Shown: positions 34,951-43,754 of the stretch, piece after piece
Layout: each line of letters opens with the position of its first letter
Numbering within the stretch: the stretch's first letter is position 1
Assembly: GCA_963700145.1 (NCBI GenBank)
Contig: OY969474.1
Location: 5,280,001 to 5,344,000 of the forward strand
DNA length: 64,000 nt
Direction: 5' to 3'
DNA from: an uncultured Acidobacteriota bacterium
GTDB lineage: Bacteria > Acidobacteriota > Thermoanaerobaculia > Multivoradales > UBA5704
Program-made: the position numbers and the translations under genes
Notes under the pieces: model-generated
The model's input: only the letters and a program-made list of their open reading frames with translations
Databases searched by the model: none
Told to the model about the DNA's origin: nothing

Positions 34951-37743
34951 ATGCCGAAACGTAGCTCCGCGTCGATCCTGTTGCTGCCTGCGCTGTTGGT
35001 GGCGCCGGAGATCGCCTGTGCCAACGGAGGCGCGCCGCTCGTGGAGCCGCGGGAGGTGCATCTCGGCGACCTGCGGCAGCTCACGCACGGGGGCGAGAAC
35101 GCCGAGGCGTACTGGTCGCCGGGCGGCAAGGAGCTGGTGTTCCAGGCGCGGGGGCTGGACGAAGGGTGCGACCGGATTTATCGAATGAATGTCGATGGCG
35201 GCGGCGCGCCGGTGCCGGTCTCGAGCGGCGCCGGGCGTACGACCTGCGCTTACTTCACCGCCGACGGCTCGCGCGTCCTCTACTCCTCGACCCACCTCGT
35301 CGCCGGCGACGCCTGCCCCGCTCCTCCCGACCGCGCGCAGGGCTACGTCTGGCCGGTCTACGAGAGCTACGAGATCCTCCTCGCGCGCCCCGACGGCTCC
35401 GAGCCGGTGCGCCTGACCGAGAACGCCGCCTACGACGCCGAGTCGACCGTCTGCGCCAAGGACGGCTCGATCGTCTTCACCTCGACGCGCGACGGCGACC
35501 TCGAGCTCTACCGCATGGACGCCGACGGCAAGAACGTGCGCCGGCTGACCGACGCTCCCGGCTACGACGGCGGCGCCTTCTTCTCGCCCGACTGCTCCAG
35601 GATCGTCTGGCGTGCCTCGCGGCCGCGCGAAGGCGCCGAGCTCGACGACTACCGCGGCCTCCTCGCGCAAGGCCTCGTCCGCCCCGGCAAGCTCGAGCTC
35701 TGGACCGCCGAGGCCGACGGCTCCGAGGCGCGCCAGATCACCTACCTCGGCGCCGCTTCCTTCGCCCCCTCCTTCTTCCCCTCGGGCCAGCGGGTGATCT
35801 TCTCCTCCAACACTGGCGACCCGCAGGGGCGGGAGTTCGACCTCTGGGCGGTCAACCTCGACGGCAGCGGCCTCGAGCGGATCACCTGGACGCCGGGGTT
35901 CGACGGCTTCCCGATGTTCTCGCCGGACGGCACGCGGCTGGCCTTCGCCTCGAACCGCAACCAGGCTAAACCGGGGGAGACGAATGTCTTCGTCGCGCGA
36001 TGGGTTGATCTCACCGCCCCCGGCCCCCCGGGGGCGCCCCCTCCCGGCTCTACGGCAGCCGCTTCGCCTGCCGACCGGTTTGCCGCCGACGTCCGCTGGC
36101 TCGCCGCCGACGCCCGCGAGGGGCGGGGCATCGGCACGCGCGGCCTCGCCGAGGCGGCCGATTGGCTGGCCGCCCGCTTCGCGGCGCTCGGTCTCGAGCC
36201 GGCCGGCGACGAGGGGGGCTTCTTCCACCGCTTCGAGGTGCCGGTCGAGGTCGCGGTGGGGGAGGGAACCGAGGTCGCCATCGACGGCGCCGCCGTCGCG
36301 CGCGCCGATCTCCAGCCGGCCGGCTTCTCGGCCACGCACGCCGTGATCGCGCCGGTGGTCGCTGCCGGCTACGGCATCACCGCCGGCGAGCTGGGGGTCG
36401 ACGATTACACCGGCCTGGACGCGCGCGGCAGGGTGGTCGCCGTCCGCCGCTTCACCCCCGAGAGCGGCCCGTTCGCCGGTGACGAGGCGCAGCGCCGCTA
36501 CGGCGACCTGCGCTACAAGGCCTGGAACGCCCGCGAGCACGGCGCGGTGGCGCTCCTCGTCGTCGATCTTCCGCTTCCCGCCGAGCCCGGCGCCGAGCTG
36601 CCGGCCGAGGCGCCTCTCCCCGAGCCGCGCGTCGAAGGGTTCGGCGCCGAGGGGGACGCGGGCATCCCCGTGGTCTTCCTCTCCCGCGCCGCCGGCGCAC
36701 GCCTCTTCGACTTCGGCGTCGAGCGCGAGGCGCGGGTGGCCGTCGAGCTGGCGCGCCGGACCGAGCCGGCCGTCAACGTGGTCGGCGTGCTGCGCGGCCG
36801 CGAGCGCGCCGCGCCCGTTCTCGTCGGCGCCCACTACGACCATGTCGGCCTCGGCGGCCCGGGGTCGCTGGAGCCCGACGCCAAGGAGCCGCACAACGGC
36901 GCCGACGACAACGCCTCGGGCACCGCCGGGCTGCTCGAGATCGCCCGCCTCCTCGCCGAGCGCCGCGGCGAGCTCGGGCGCGACGTCTGGTTCGTGGCCT
37001 TCTCCGGCGAGGAGCGCGGCGTCCTCGGCTCGACCGCCTTCGTCCGCCGGCCGCCCACCGGGCTGGCGCCGGACGCTCTTCTCGCCATGCTCAACCTCGA
37101 CATGGTGGGGCGGCTGCGCGGCAACAAGCTGACGATCCTGGGCGGCGAGTCGGCCGACGAATGGCCGGCGCTGGTGCCGCCGGTGTGCGAGAAGGCCGGC
37201 CTCGCGTGCAGCCTCTCCGGCGACGGCTACGGGCCCTCGGACCACACGCCGTTCTACGCCGCCGGGGTGCCGATCCTCCATTTCTTCACCGGCACCCACC
37301 CCGACTACCACCGGCCAAGCGACGACGCCGAGCGCGTCAACGCCGCCGGCGGGGCGCGGGTGGCGGCGGTCGTCGCCGACGTCGCCGCCGAGCTCTCCCG
37401 CCGACCCGCCGCGCTGACCTACCGCGCCACTCCGTCGCCGCCGCCGCAAGGCGACGTCCGCAGCTACGGCGCCTCCCTCGGCACCGTCCCCGACTACGCC
37501 GGCGACGGCCGCCCCGGGGTGCTCCTGGCCGGCGTCCGCCCCGGGAGCCCTGCCGAGACGGGGGGTTTGCGCAGGGGCGACCTCCTGGTCGAGCTCCGCG
37601 GCTCGCCGATCCAGACCATCCACGACCTGATGTTCGTGCTCCGCGCCGCCAAGCCGGGGGAGAAGGCGACAGCGGTCGTCGAGCGCGACGGGAAGCGCCT
37701 CAGCTTGGAGGTGGTCTTCGGCGAAGGCCGCCGCATGCGGTAA
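34951..37743 (+). CDS. TolB-like PD40 propeller fused to PA-M28 peptidase-PDZ
   Basis: ENAEAYWSP, YDGGAFFSPD, FDGFPMFSPDG; VGAHYDH, NGADDNASG, FSGEERG, NLDMVGR, SDH; C-terminal PDZ. Confidence 0.9.
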   Translation: MPKRSSASILLLPALLVAPEIACANGGAPLVEPREVHLGDLRQLTHGGENAEAYWSPGGKELVFQARGLDEGCDRIYRMNVDGGGAPVPVSSGAGRTTCAYFTADGSRVLYSSTHLVAGDACPAPPDRAQGYVWPVYESYEILLARPDGSEPVRLTENAAYDAESTVCAKDGSIVFTSTRDGDLELYRMDADGKNVRRLTDAPGYDGGAFFSPDCSRIVWRASRPREGAELDDYRGLLAQGLVRPGKLELWTAEADGSEARQITYLGAASFAPSFFPSGQRVIFSSNTGDPQGREFDLWAVNLDGSGLERITWTPGFDGFPMFSPDGTRLAFASNRNQAKPGETNVFVARWVDLTAPGPPGAPPPGSTAAASPADRFAADVRWLAADAREGRGIGTRGLAEAADWLAARFAALGLEPAGDEGGFFHRFEVPVEVAVGEGTEVAIDGAAVARADLQPAGFSATHAVIAPVVAAGYGITAGELGVDDYTGLDARGRVVAVRRFTPESGPFAGDEAQRRYGDLRYKAWNAREHGAVALLVVDLPLPAEPGAELPAEAPLPEPRVEGFGAEGDAGIPVVFLSRAAGARLFDFGVEREARVAVELARRTEPAVNVVGVLRGRERAAPVLVGAHYDHVGLGGPGSLEPDAKEPHNGADDNASGTAGLLEIARLLAERRGELGRDVWFVAFSGEERGVLGSTAFVRRPPTGLAPDALLAMLNLDMVGRLRGNKLTILGGESADEWPALVPPVCEKAGLACSLSGDGYGPSDHTPFYAAGVPILHFFTGTHPDYHRPSDDAERVNAAGGARVAAVVADVAAELSRRPAALTYRATPSPPPQGDVRSYGASLGTVPDYAGDGRPGVLLAGVRPGSPAETGGLRRGDLLVELRGSPIQTIHDLMFVLRAAKPGEKATAVVERDGKRLSLEVVFGEGRRMR

Positions 37744-37802
37744 ACCCCCCGCCGTTTTCTGCGTATCAAGCTCGCACGCCGCAAACTAGGAGAAGCCTCG
37801 CC

Positions 37803-39662
37803 ATGACGAAGACCCTGCCGCTCGCCTGCGCCCTGTTGCTGGCCGCCGGCGCCGCCGTTGCCGCCCCCCCGCGCACCGTCGCCCCCGAGTTCAAGCCCAA
37901 GCTCGAGCAGTTCATCGCCGCCAAGGGGAGCAAGCCGCCCACTCAATCCGATACCGAGCGCCTTAAGGAGCTGTTCGCGATCTACTGGGACTTCGCGATG
38001 CACGAGCACCCGGAGTTCGCCACTTACGTCGGCTTCCCCGGCCAGAACGACCGCTGGACCGACCAGTCGCTGGCCGCGCAGGAGGCGCGGGACGCCCTCC
38101 TGCCGCTCGCCGCCCGGGCGTTGGAGTCGGTCGACCGCGCCAAGCTCTCGGAGGCCGACCGCGTCAACTACGACCTCTTCCAGCGCGAAGTCCAGAGCGC
38201 CGTCGAGGGGGACCGCTTCCCCGGCGAGTACCTGGCGATCAACCAGATGGGCGGCGTGCAGCAGGGGCCGGCCGACATGCTGGTGCAGATGCCGAAGACC
38301 AACCTGCAGCAGGCCGAGGACATCCTCGCCCGCCTGCGCGAGGTGCCGACGGTCGTCGAGCAGACGCTGGTCCTGCTCGAGAAGGGCCTCGCTGCCGGCG
38401 TCACGCCGCCGCGCGTCACCCTGCGCGACGTGCCGCAGCAGGTGCAGAATCTGTTGACCGACGACCCGGCCGCCAGCCCGCTCCTCGAGGCCTTCAAGGA
38501 GCTGCCCGAATCGATCCCCGCAGCGGATCAGGAGCGCCTCCGGCGCGAGGCCGCCGAGGCCTTCACCACGCGTATCCGCCCGGCCTACGAGAAGCTGCAC
38601 GCGTATCTCGTCGGGACTTACATCCCCGGCTCGCGCGAGACGATCGGCATGAACGCCCTGCCCGACGGCCAGGCTTGGTACGCCTTCAACGCCGAGCAGT
38701 CCACGACCACCGACCTGACGCCGCAGCAGATCCACGAGCTCGGCCTCTCCGAGGTCAAGCGCATCCGCGGCGAGATGGACGCGGTCATCGCCAAGACCGG
38801 CTTCAAGGGGAGCTTCGCGGAGTTCTTGACCTTCCTGCGCACCGACCCGCAGTTCTTCTTCGACAAGCCCGAGGACCTGATCGCCGCCTACCGTGAGGTC
38901 GCCAAGCGCGCCGACCCCGAGCTGATCAAGCTCTTCGGCAAGCTGCCGCGCCTGCCGTACGGCGTCATCCCGGTCCCCGCCTACGCCGAGAAGTCGCAGA
39001 CCACGGCCTACTACAACGCCGGCTCGCTCGACGCCGCGCGCCCGGCCTACTTCTACGCCAACACCTACGACCTCAAGTCGCGCCCGAAGTGGGAGATGGA
39101 GGCGCTGACCCTGCACGAGGCGGTGCCGGGGCACCATCTGCAGATCGCCATCGCGCAGGAGCTCGAGGACGTGCCGGCCTGGCGGCGCTATCAGGGCTAC
39201 ACCGCCTTCGTCGAGGGCTGGGGCCTCTACGCCGAGAGCCTGGGCGAGGAGATGGGCTTCTACAAGGACCCCTACGCCAAGTTCGGGCAGCTCACCTACG
39301 AGATGTGGCGCGCCGTCCGCCTGGTGGTGGACACCGGCATGCACTCCCTGGGCTGGACGCGCGAGCAGGCGATCGACTTCTTCAAGCAGAACGCCGGCAA
39401 AGCCGAGCACGACATCACCGTCGAGGTGGACCGCTACATCGTCTGGCCCGGGCAGGCGCTGGCCTACAAGATCGGCGAGCTCAAGATCAAGGAGCTGCGC
39501 GCCAAGGCCGAGAAGGCGCTGGGGGCGAAGTTCGACGTCCGAGCCTTCCACGACGAGGTGCTGGGCAACGGCGCCGTGCCGCTCGCCGTGCTGGAGAGCA
39601 ACATCGACGAGTGGATCGCCGGCGGCGGCGCGGCGGCCGCCGCCGACGCCTCGGCGCCGTAG
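37803..39662 (+). CDS. DUF885 family protein (putative metallopeptidase)
   Basis: GGAG RBS; signal peptide; LHEAVPGHHLQ, FVEGWGLYAE, RLVVDTGMH, PGQALAYKIG. Confidence 0.93.
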   Translation: MTKTLPLACALLLAAGAAVAAPPRTVAPEFKPKLEQFIAAKGSKPPTQSDTERLKELFAIYWDFAMHEHPEFATYVGFPGQNDRWTDQSLAAQEARDALLPLAARALESVDRAKLSEADRVNYDLFQREVQSAVEGDRFPGEYLAINQMGGVQQGPADMLVQMPKTNLQQAEDILARLREVPTVVEQTLVLLEKGLAAGVTPPRVTLRDVPQQVQNLLTDDPAASPLLEAFKELPESIPAADQERLRREAAEAFTTRIRPAYEKLHAYLVGTYIPGSRETIGMNALPDGQAWYAFNAEQSTTTDLTPQQIHELGLSEVKRIRGEMDAVIAKTGFKGSFAEFLTFLRTDPQFFFDKPEDLIAAYREVAKRADPELIKLFGKLPRLPYGVIPVPAYAEKSQTTAYYNAGSLDAARPAYFYANTYDLKSRPKWEMEALTLHEAVPGHHLQIAIAQELEDVPAWRRYQGYTAFVEGWGLYAESLGEEMGFYKDPYAKFGQLTYEMWRAVRLVVDTGMHSLGWTREQAIDFFKQNAGKAEHDITVEVDRYIVWPGQALAYKIGELKIKELRAKAEKALGAKFDVRAFHDEVLGNGAVPLAVLESNIDEWIAGGGAAAAADASAP

Positions 39663-39679
39663 GGCCGCGCGCCTGCGGC

Positions 39680-40174
39680 CTAGTGGAAGCGGAGACCGAC
39701 GGCGATGACCGCCTCGGTCTCGTCGGCGATCACGAACTTCCCCTGCACGTAGGGGCGGATCGCGCCGCGCTTGGCGCCCGCCCCGGCGATCAGGTTGAGG
39801 CCGATCTCGGTGTCGTCCTCGTTGAGGCGCTGCAGGCGGGGGTCGTCGAACTCGCGGAAGATCACCGCCAGGCCGCCGCCGGCCCAGATCGCCAGCGGGG
39901 TCTCGACGTCGAAGTCGTAGTGCGCGTCGGCGTTGAGCGTCCAGAGCGAGCCGTCGTTGACGAAGACGTACTCGAGGTTGGGGTTGAAGAACCACTTGCG
40001 GCTGATGTCGGTGAGCAGCTCGACGCCGATGAACCCCTCTTCCACGTCGGTGTAGAGGCCGGCGCGGACGCCGGGGTCGATGTCGGCGGCGGCGGGCCCG
40101 GGCAGCAAGCACGCCGCGGCCGCGGCGAGCGCCAGGGCCAGGGCGAAGCCTTTCGATCTCTCTCTCGCTCTCAT
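39680..40174 (-). CDS. Small outer-membrane beta-barrel protein
   Basis: AAGGAG RBS; signal peptide; about 8 amphipathic strands; ends VGLRFH. Confidence 0.8.
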   Translation of the reverse strand: MRARERSKGFALALALAAAAACLLPGPAAADIDPGVRAGLYTDVEEGFIGVELLTDISRKWFFNPNLEYVFVNDGSLWTLNADAHYDFDVETPLAIWAGGGLAVIFREFDDPRLQRLNEDDTEIGLNLIAGAGAKRGAIRPYVQGKFVIADETEAVIAVGLRFH

Positions 40175-40208
40175 CGCAGGTCTCCTTGTCGGTTCGGCTG
40201 CCGGACCG

Positions 40209-40224
40209 TGCAAGGGGGCTGCCA
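40209..40224 (-). promoter_or_regulatory. Sigma-54 (-24/-12) promoter
   Basis: Minus strand TGGCAGCCCCCTTGCA versus consensus TGGCAC-N5-TTGCA, 34 nt upstream of the 40174 start. Confidence 0.65.
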
Positions 40225-40281
40225 CCCTTATGGCTATTCGTCACTTGAACAGGACGGGGCCGGGGTAGCATCCCCGCCGCC

Positions 40282-41205
40282 GTGGACCTCCACGCCCACT
40301 ACTGGACCGTCGCGCCGCGCCTGCACCACCGCTGGCGGCCGCAGGAGCCGCCGCCCTCGCGGCCCTGGGAGGCGTTCGTCGACGACCCGGCGGTGGGACA
40401 GGTGCGGCTGAGCGGGAGGCTGGCGGCGGAGGACGGGGACGGCGGCGACCTGCTCGTCATCCTCCACGGCATCTCCGGCTGCTGCGACAGCCCCGGCGTG
40501 ATCCGGACGGCGCGCGCCGCGCAGGCGGCCGGGCTCGCGACGCTGCGGCTCAACCTCCGCGGCTCGGACCGGCGGGAGCGCGACTTCTACCACGCCGGCT
40601 TGACCTCCGACCTCCACGCGGCGCTGGCGAGCCCGGAGGTCGCGGGCTTCCGGCGCATCCTGCTGCTCGGCTGGTCGCTCGGCGGTCACCTGGCGCTACG
40701 GCTGGCGACCGAGGACGCGGACCCGCGCCTCGCGGCGGTGGCGGCGGTGTGCGCCCCGCTCGATCTCGCGGTCGCCGTCGAAGCGATCGACCGGCCGGCG
40801 CTCTGGGCCTATCGGCGCTCGGTGCTCGGCGGCCTCAAGGAGATCTATGCCGCCTGCGCCGCCCGCCGGCCGGGGCCGCTGCCGCCGCGCGAAGCGGCGC
40901 GGATCGGCCACCTCAGGGAGTGGGACGAGCGGATCGTGGCGCCGCGCCACGGCTTCGCCGGCGCTTCCGACTACTACGCGCGGACGAGCGTCGGGCCCAT
41001 CCTGGGGAAGCTGCGGCTGCCGGCGCTCTGGCTCGGCGCCGCGCGCGACCCGATGGTGCCGGCGGCGGCGGTGCGGCCGAGCCTCGAGCGCTTCGCCGAC
41101 GGGCGGGTGGACGTGCGCTGGCGCGCGGTCGGCGGCCACTGCGGCTTTCCCGAGCCGGTCGAGGCCGAGGTCATCGCCTGGCTGCGCGGCGCCGGGTCAG
41201 CCTGA
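40282..41205 (+). CDS. YheT-like alpha/beta hydrolase
   Basis: LHGISG, RLNLRG, FYHAGLTSDL, nucleophile GWSLGG, DPMVP, GGHCGF. Confidence 0.85.
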   Translation: MDLHAHYWTVAPRLHHRWRPQEPPPSRPWEAFVDDPAVGQVRLSGRLAAEDGDGGDLLVILHGISGCCDSPGVIRTARAAQAAGLATLRLNLRGSDRRERDFYHAGLTSDLHAALASPEVAGFRRILLLGWSLGGHLALRLATEDADPRLAAVAAVCAPLDLAVAVEAIDRPALWAYRRSVLGGLKEIYAACAARRPGPLPPREAARIGHLREWDERIVAPRHGFAGASDYYARTSVGPILGKLRLPALWLGAARDPMVPAAAVRPSLERFADGRVDVRWRAVGGHCGFPEPVEAEVIAWLRGAGSA

Positions 41206-42060
41206 GCGGAGCAGCGCCGCCAGCGTCTCGATGCCGTCCACCAGTCGCGGGCCGGGGCGGCTGAAGCAGCCGTTGGCGTCGACCGGGAAGACCCGCCCGG
41301 CGCGCACCGCCCGCAGCTCTTCCCACTCCGGCCGGCCGCTCATCGCCGCGATCTGCGCCCGGGCGCCCTCCTCGTCGAAGCCGCAGGGCATCGCCACGAT
41401 GACGTCGGGGTCGGTGGCGCGGACCTCCTCCCAGGTCAGCCGCCGCGACGGGCCGCCGGGAGAGGCGGCGGCGTCGCTGCCGCCGGCGAGAGCGACCATC
41501 TCCGGCACCCAGTGGCCGCCGGCGAACGGCGGGTCGAGCCATTCGAGCGCCAGGACGCGCGGCCTGGGGCGGCCGGCCGCCATGGCGCGGAGCGCGGCGA
41601 GCCGTTCTTCGAGCTGCCCGACCAGCGCCGCGGCCTCCGCCGCGCGCCCGACGGCGGCGCCGACGCGGCGGATGTCGGCGAAGACCTCGGCGAGCGTCCG
41701 CGGATCGAGCGACAGCAGCTCCGGGCAGCGGGGGAGGGGCTGGATGGCGCCGTCCACCTGCGCCGTCGAGACGGCGCAGACCGGGCAGAGCTCCTGCGTG
41801 ACGATGAGGTCGGGGGCGAGGTCGGCGATCCGCGCCTCGTCGAGCGTGTAGAGGCTGGCGCCGCTCCCCACCTGCGCCGACACCGCCTGGTCCACCTCCG
41901 CGGCGGACATCCCGGCGGCCAGCGCGCTGCCGGTGAGCGCCGGCCGCCGCCGCGCCTCGGCGGGGTAGTCGCACTCGTGGCTCACCCCAACGACCATGTC
42001 GCCGGCGCCGACCGCGAAGAGGATCTCCGTGCCGTTGGGCACCAGCGAGACGATGCGCAC
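41197..42060 (-). CDS. Cobalamin/iron-siderophore binding protein (BtuF-like), no signal peptide
   Basis: MRIVSLVP..TEIL.A.G, VGVSHECDYP, PDLIVTQ.LC.VCAV, GHWVPEM, SRPGPRL. Confidence 0.85.
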   Translation of the reverse strand: MRIVSLVPNGTEILFAVGAGDMVVGVSHECDYPAEARRRPALTGSALAAGMSAAEVDQAVSAQVGSGASLYTLDEARIADLAPDLIVTQELCPVCAVSTAQVDGAIQPLPRCPELLSLDPRTLAEVFADIRRVGAAVGRAAEAAALVGQLEERLAALRAMAAGRPRPRVLALEWLDPPFAGGHWVPEMVALAGGSDAAASPGGPSRRLTWEEVRATDPDVIVAMPCGFDEEGARAQIAAMSGRPEWEELRAVRAGRVFPVDANGCFSRPGPRLVDGIETLAALLRSG

Positions 42061-42114
42061 GGCGGCGGAGCATAGCCGCTCCGGCGGGCGGCCCTGGTAC
42101 GATCGCGACCTCTC

Positions 42115-43746
42115 ATGGGACGCGGCCGATCACGTGCCGCGGGGAAGCCCGCTCCCCGCCACCGCGCCGCGGCCGCCCCTCCGCCCGCGGTCGCTTCCCC
42201 CGTCCGTGCCGCTGTCGCCGCGGTCGCGCTCGCCGCCGCCCTCGCCGTCTACGCCGCCGGCTGCTGGCTGGTCTGGCGCGAGACGCCGATCGACGACGCC
42301 TACATCAGCTTCCGCTACGCGCAGAACTTGGCGGTCGGCGAAGGGCTCGTCTTCAACCCCGGCGAGCGGGTGGAGGGCTACAGCGGCCTCTCCTGGGTGC
42401 TGCTCCTCGCGGCCGGCGACGCCCTCGGCGCGCCGCCGCCCGTGCTGGCGAAGGTGCTGGGCGCTCTGCTCGGCGCCGGCACGGTGCTCCTGGTCGGCGC
42501 GCGGCGGCGCCTGTCGGACCTCCTCGCCGCCGGCCTCCTCGCGCTCTCGTTCCCCTTCGTCTACCACTCCGTCAACGGCCTCGAGACCGCCCTGGCGGCG
42601 TTCCTCGTCGCCGCGCTGGTCCTGGTGCCGCCGGACTCGGCGGCGCGCCGCGCCGGCCGGCACGCCGCGGCGGGGCTCCTCGTCCTGACCCGGCCGGAGG
42701 GGCTCCTGGCGGTGCTCCTCTGGACCGGGGCGCTGCGTGTCGCGCGGCGCGCCCCGCTCGGCCGGCACCATCGGCTGGTGCCCGTCACCGCCGCCGGCGC
42801 CTTCCTCCTGCAGCTCGCCTTCCGCGGGCTCTACCACGGCGACTGGATCGCCAACTCGGCGCGCGCCAAGCTCCTGCCGCTCGACTTCGCGCTGCCGGCG
42901 GGGCTCGCCGACCTCACCCGCTTCGTCTGGAACGCGGGAGGGTGGGGGGTGCTGCTCGCGGCGGCCGTGCTCGCCGCCGTGCGCCCCGCGCCCGAGGACG
43001 GCGCGGAGGACGCGGGCGCGGCATGGCCGCCCGTGCGCGCCGCCGGCCTCTTCCTCCTCGCCTTTGCGCTCGCCCTGGCGGCGAGCGGCGGCGACAGCTT
43101 CCCGCTCTGGCGCTTCTACGTGCCGCTGCTGCCGTCGTTCTGCCACCTCGCCGGCCGCGGCCTCGCGCGGCTCGCCCCGGCGGCCGGCGCACGCCGCGAG
43201 CGGCCGGCACGCCTCCTCGCGGCCGCCGCCGCGGCGCTGGTCGTCGCCGCCAGCCTCGCCGCGACGGTCCCCGCGCAGCGTCGCGCCGTCGCCGCCGAAG
43301 GGACCTGGGTGAGGTTCTGGTCCGAGGTGGGCTCGGCGCTGCGCGCCGCCGTCCCCCCCGGCACCCGCATCGCGCTCTGCCCGGTCGGCGCCCTGCCGTA
43401 CCGGTCGGGGCTGCCGGTCGTCGACATGCTGGGGCTGACCGACCGCCACATCGCGCGCGCCGCGCCGGACCGCAGCTACGTCTACCCCGGCCACCAGCGC
43501 CACGACGGCGCCTACGTGCTGGCGCGCCGGCCCGAGCTCGTCCTGCTCGCCAACGGGCCGCGGGTGGCCGCGCCGGGCGACCGTTTCCCCTGGCACCTGG
43601 TCCGCTCCTACGAGCGCGACCTCGCCCGCAGCGACCGCTTCCGCCGCGACTACCGGCTGGCGCACCTGCGCCTACCCTCCGGCGACTACGTCCAGCTCTT
43701 CGTGCGGCGGGGCGCGGCGAGGCAGGTCTCCGCGCTCCTCTCGTAA
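42115..43746 (+). CDS. GT-C-like polytopic membrane glycosyltransferase
   Basis: [47 protein letters not shown]. Confidence 0.8.
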   Translation: MGRGRSRAAGKPAPRHRAAAAPPPAVASPVRAAVAAVALAAALAVYAAGCWLVWRETPIDDAYISFRYAQNLAVGEGLVFNPGERVEGYSGLSWVLLLAAGDALGAPPPVLAKVLGALLGAGTVLLVGARRRLSDLLAAGLLALSFPFVYHSVNGLETALAAFLVAALVLVPPDSAARRAGRHAAAGLLVLTRPEGLLAVLLWTGALRVARRAPLGRHHRLVPVTAAGAFLLQLAFRGLYHGDWIANSARAKLLPLDFALPAGLADLTRFVWNAGGWGVLLAAAVLAAVRPAPEDGAEDAGAAWPPVRAAGLFLLAFALALAASGGDSFPLWRFYVPLLPSFCHLAGRGLARLAPAAGARRERPARLLAAAAAALVVAASLAATVPAQRRAVAAEGTWVRFWSEVGSALRAAVPPGTRIALCPVGALPYRSGLPVVDMLGLTDRHIARAAPDRSYVYPGHQRHDGAYVLARRPELVLLANGPRVAAPGDRFPWHLVRSYERDLARSDRFRRDYRLAHLRLPSGDYVQLFVRRGAARQVSALLS

Positions 43747-43754
43747 AAGCCGCT

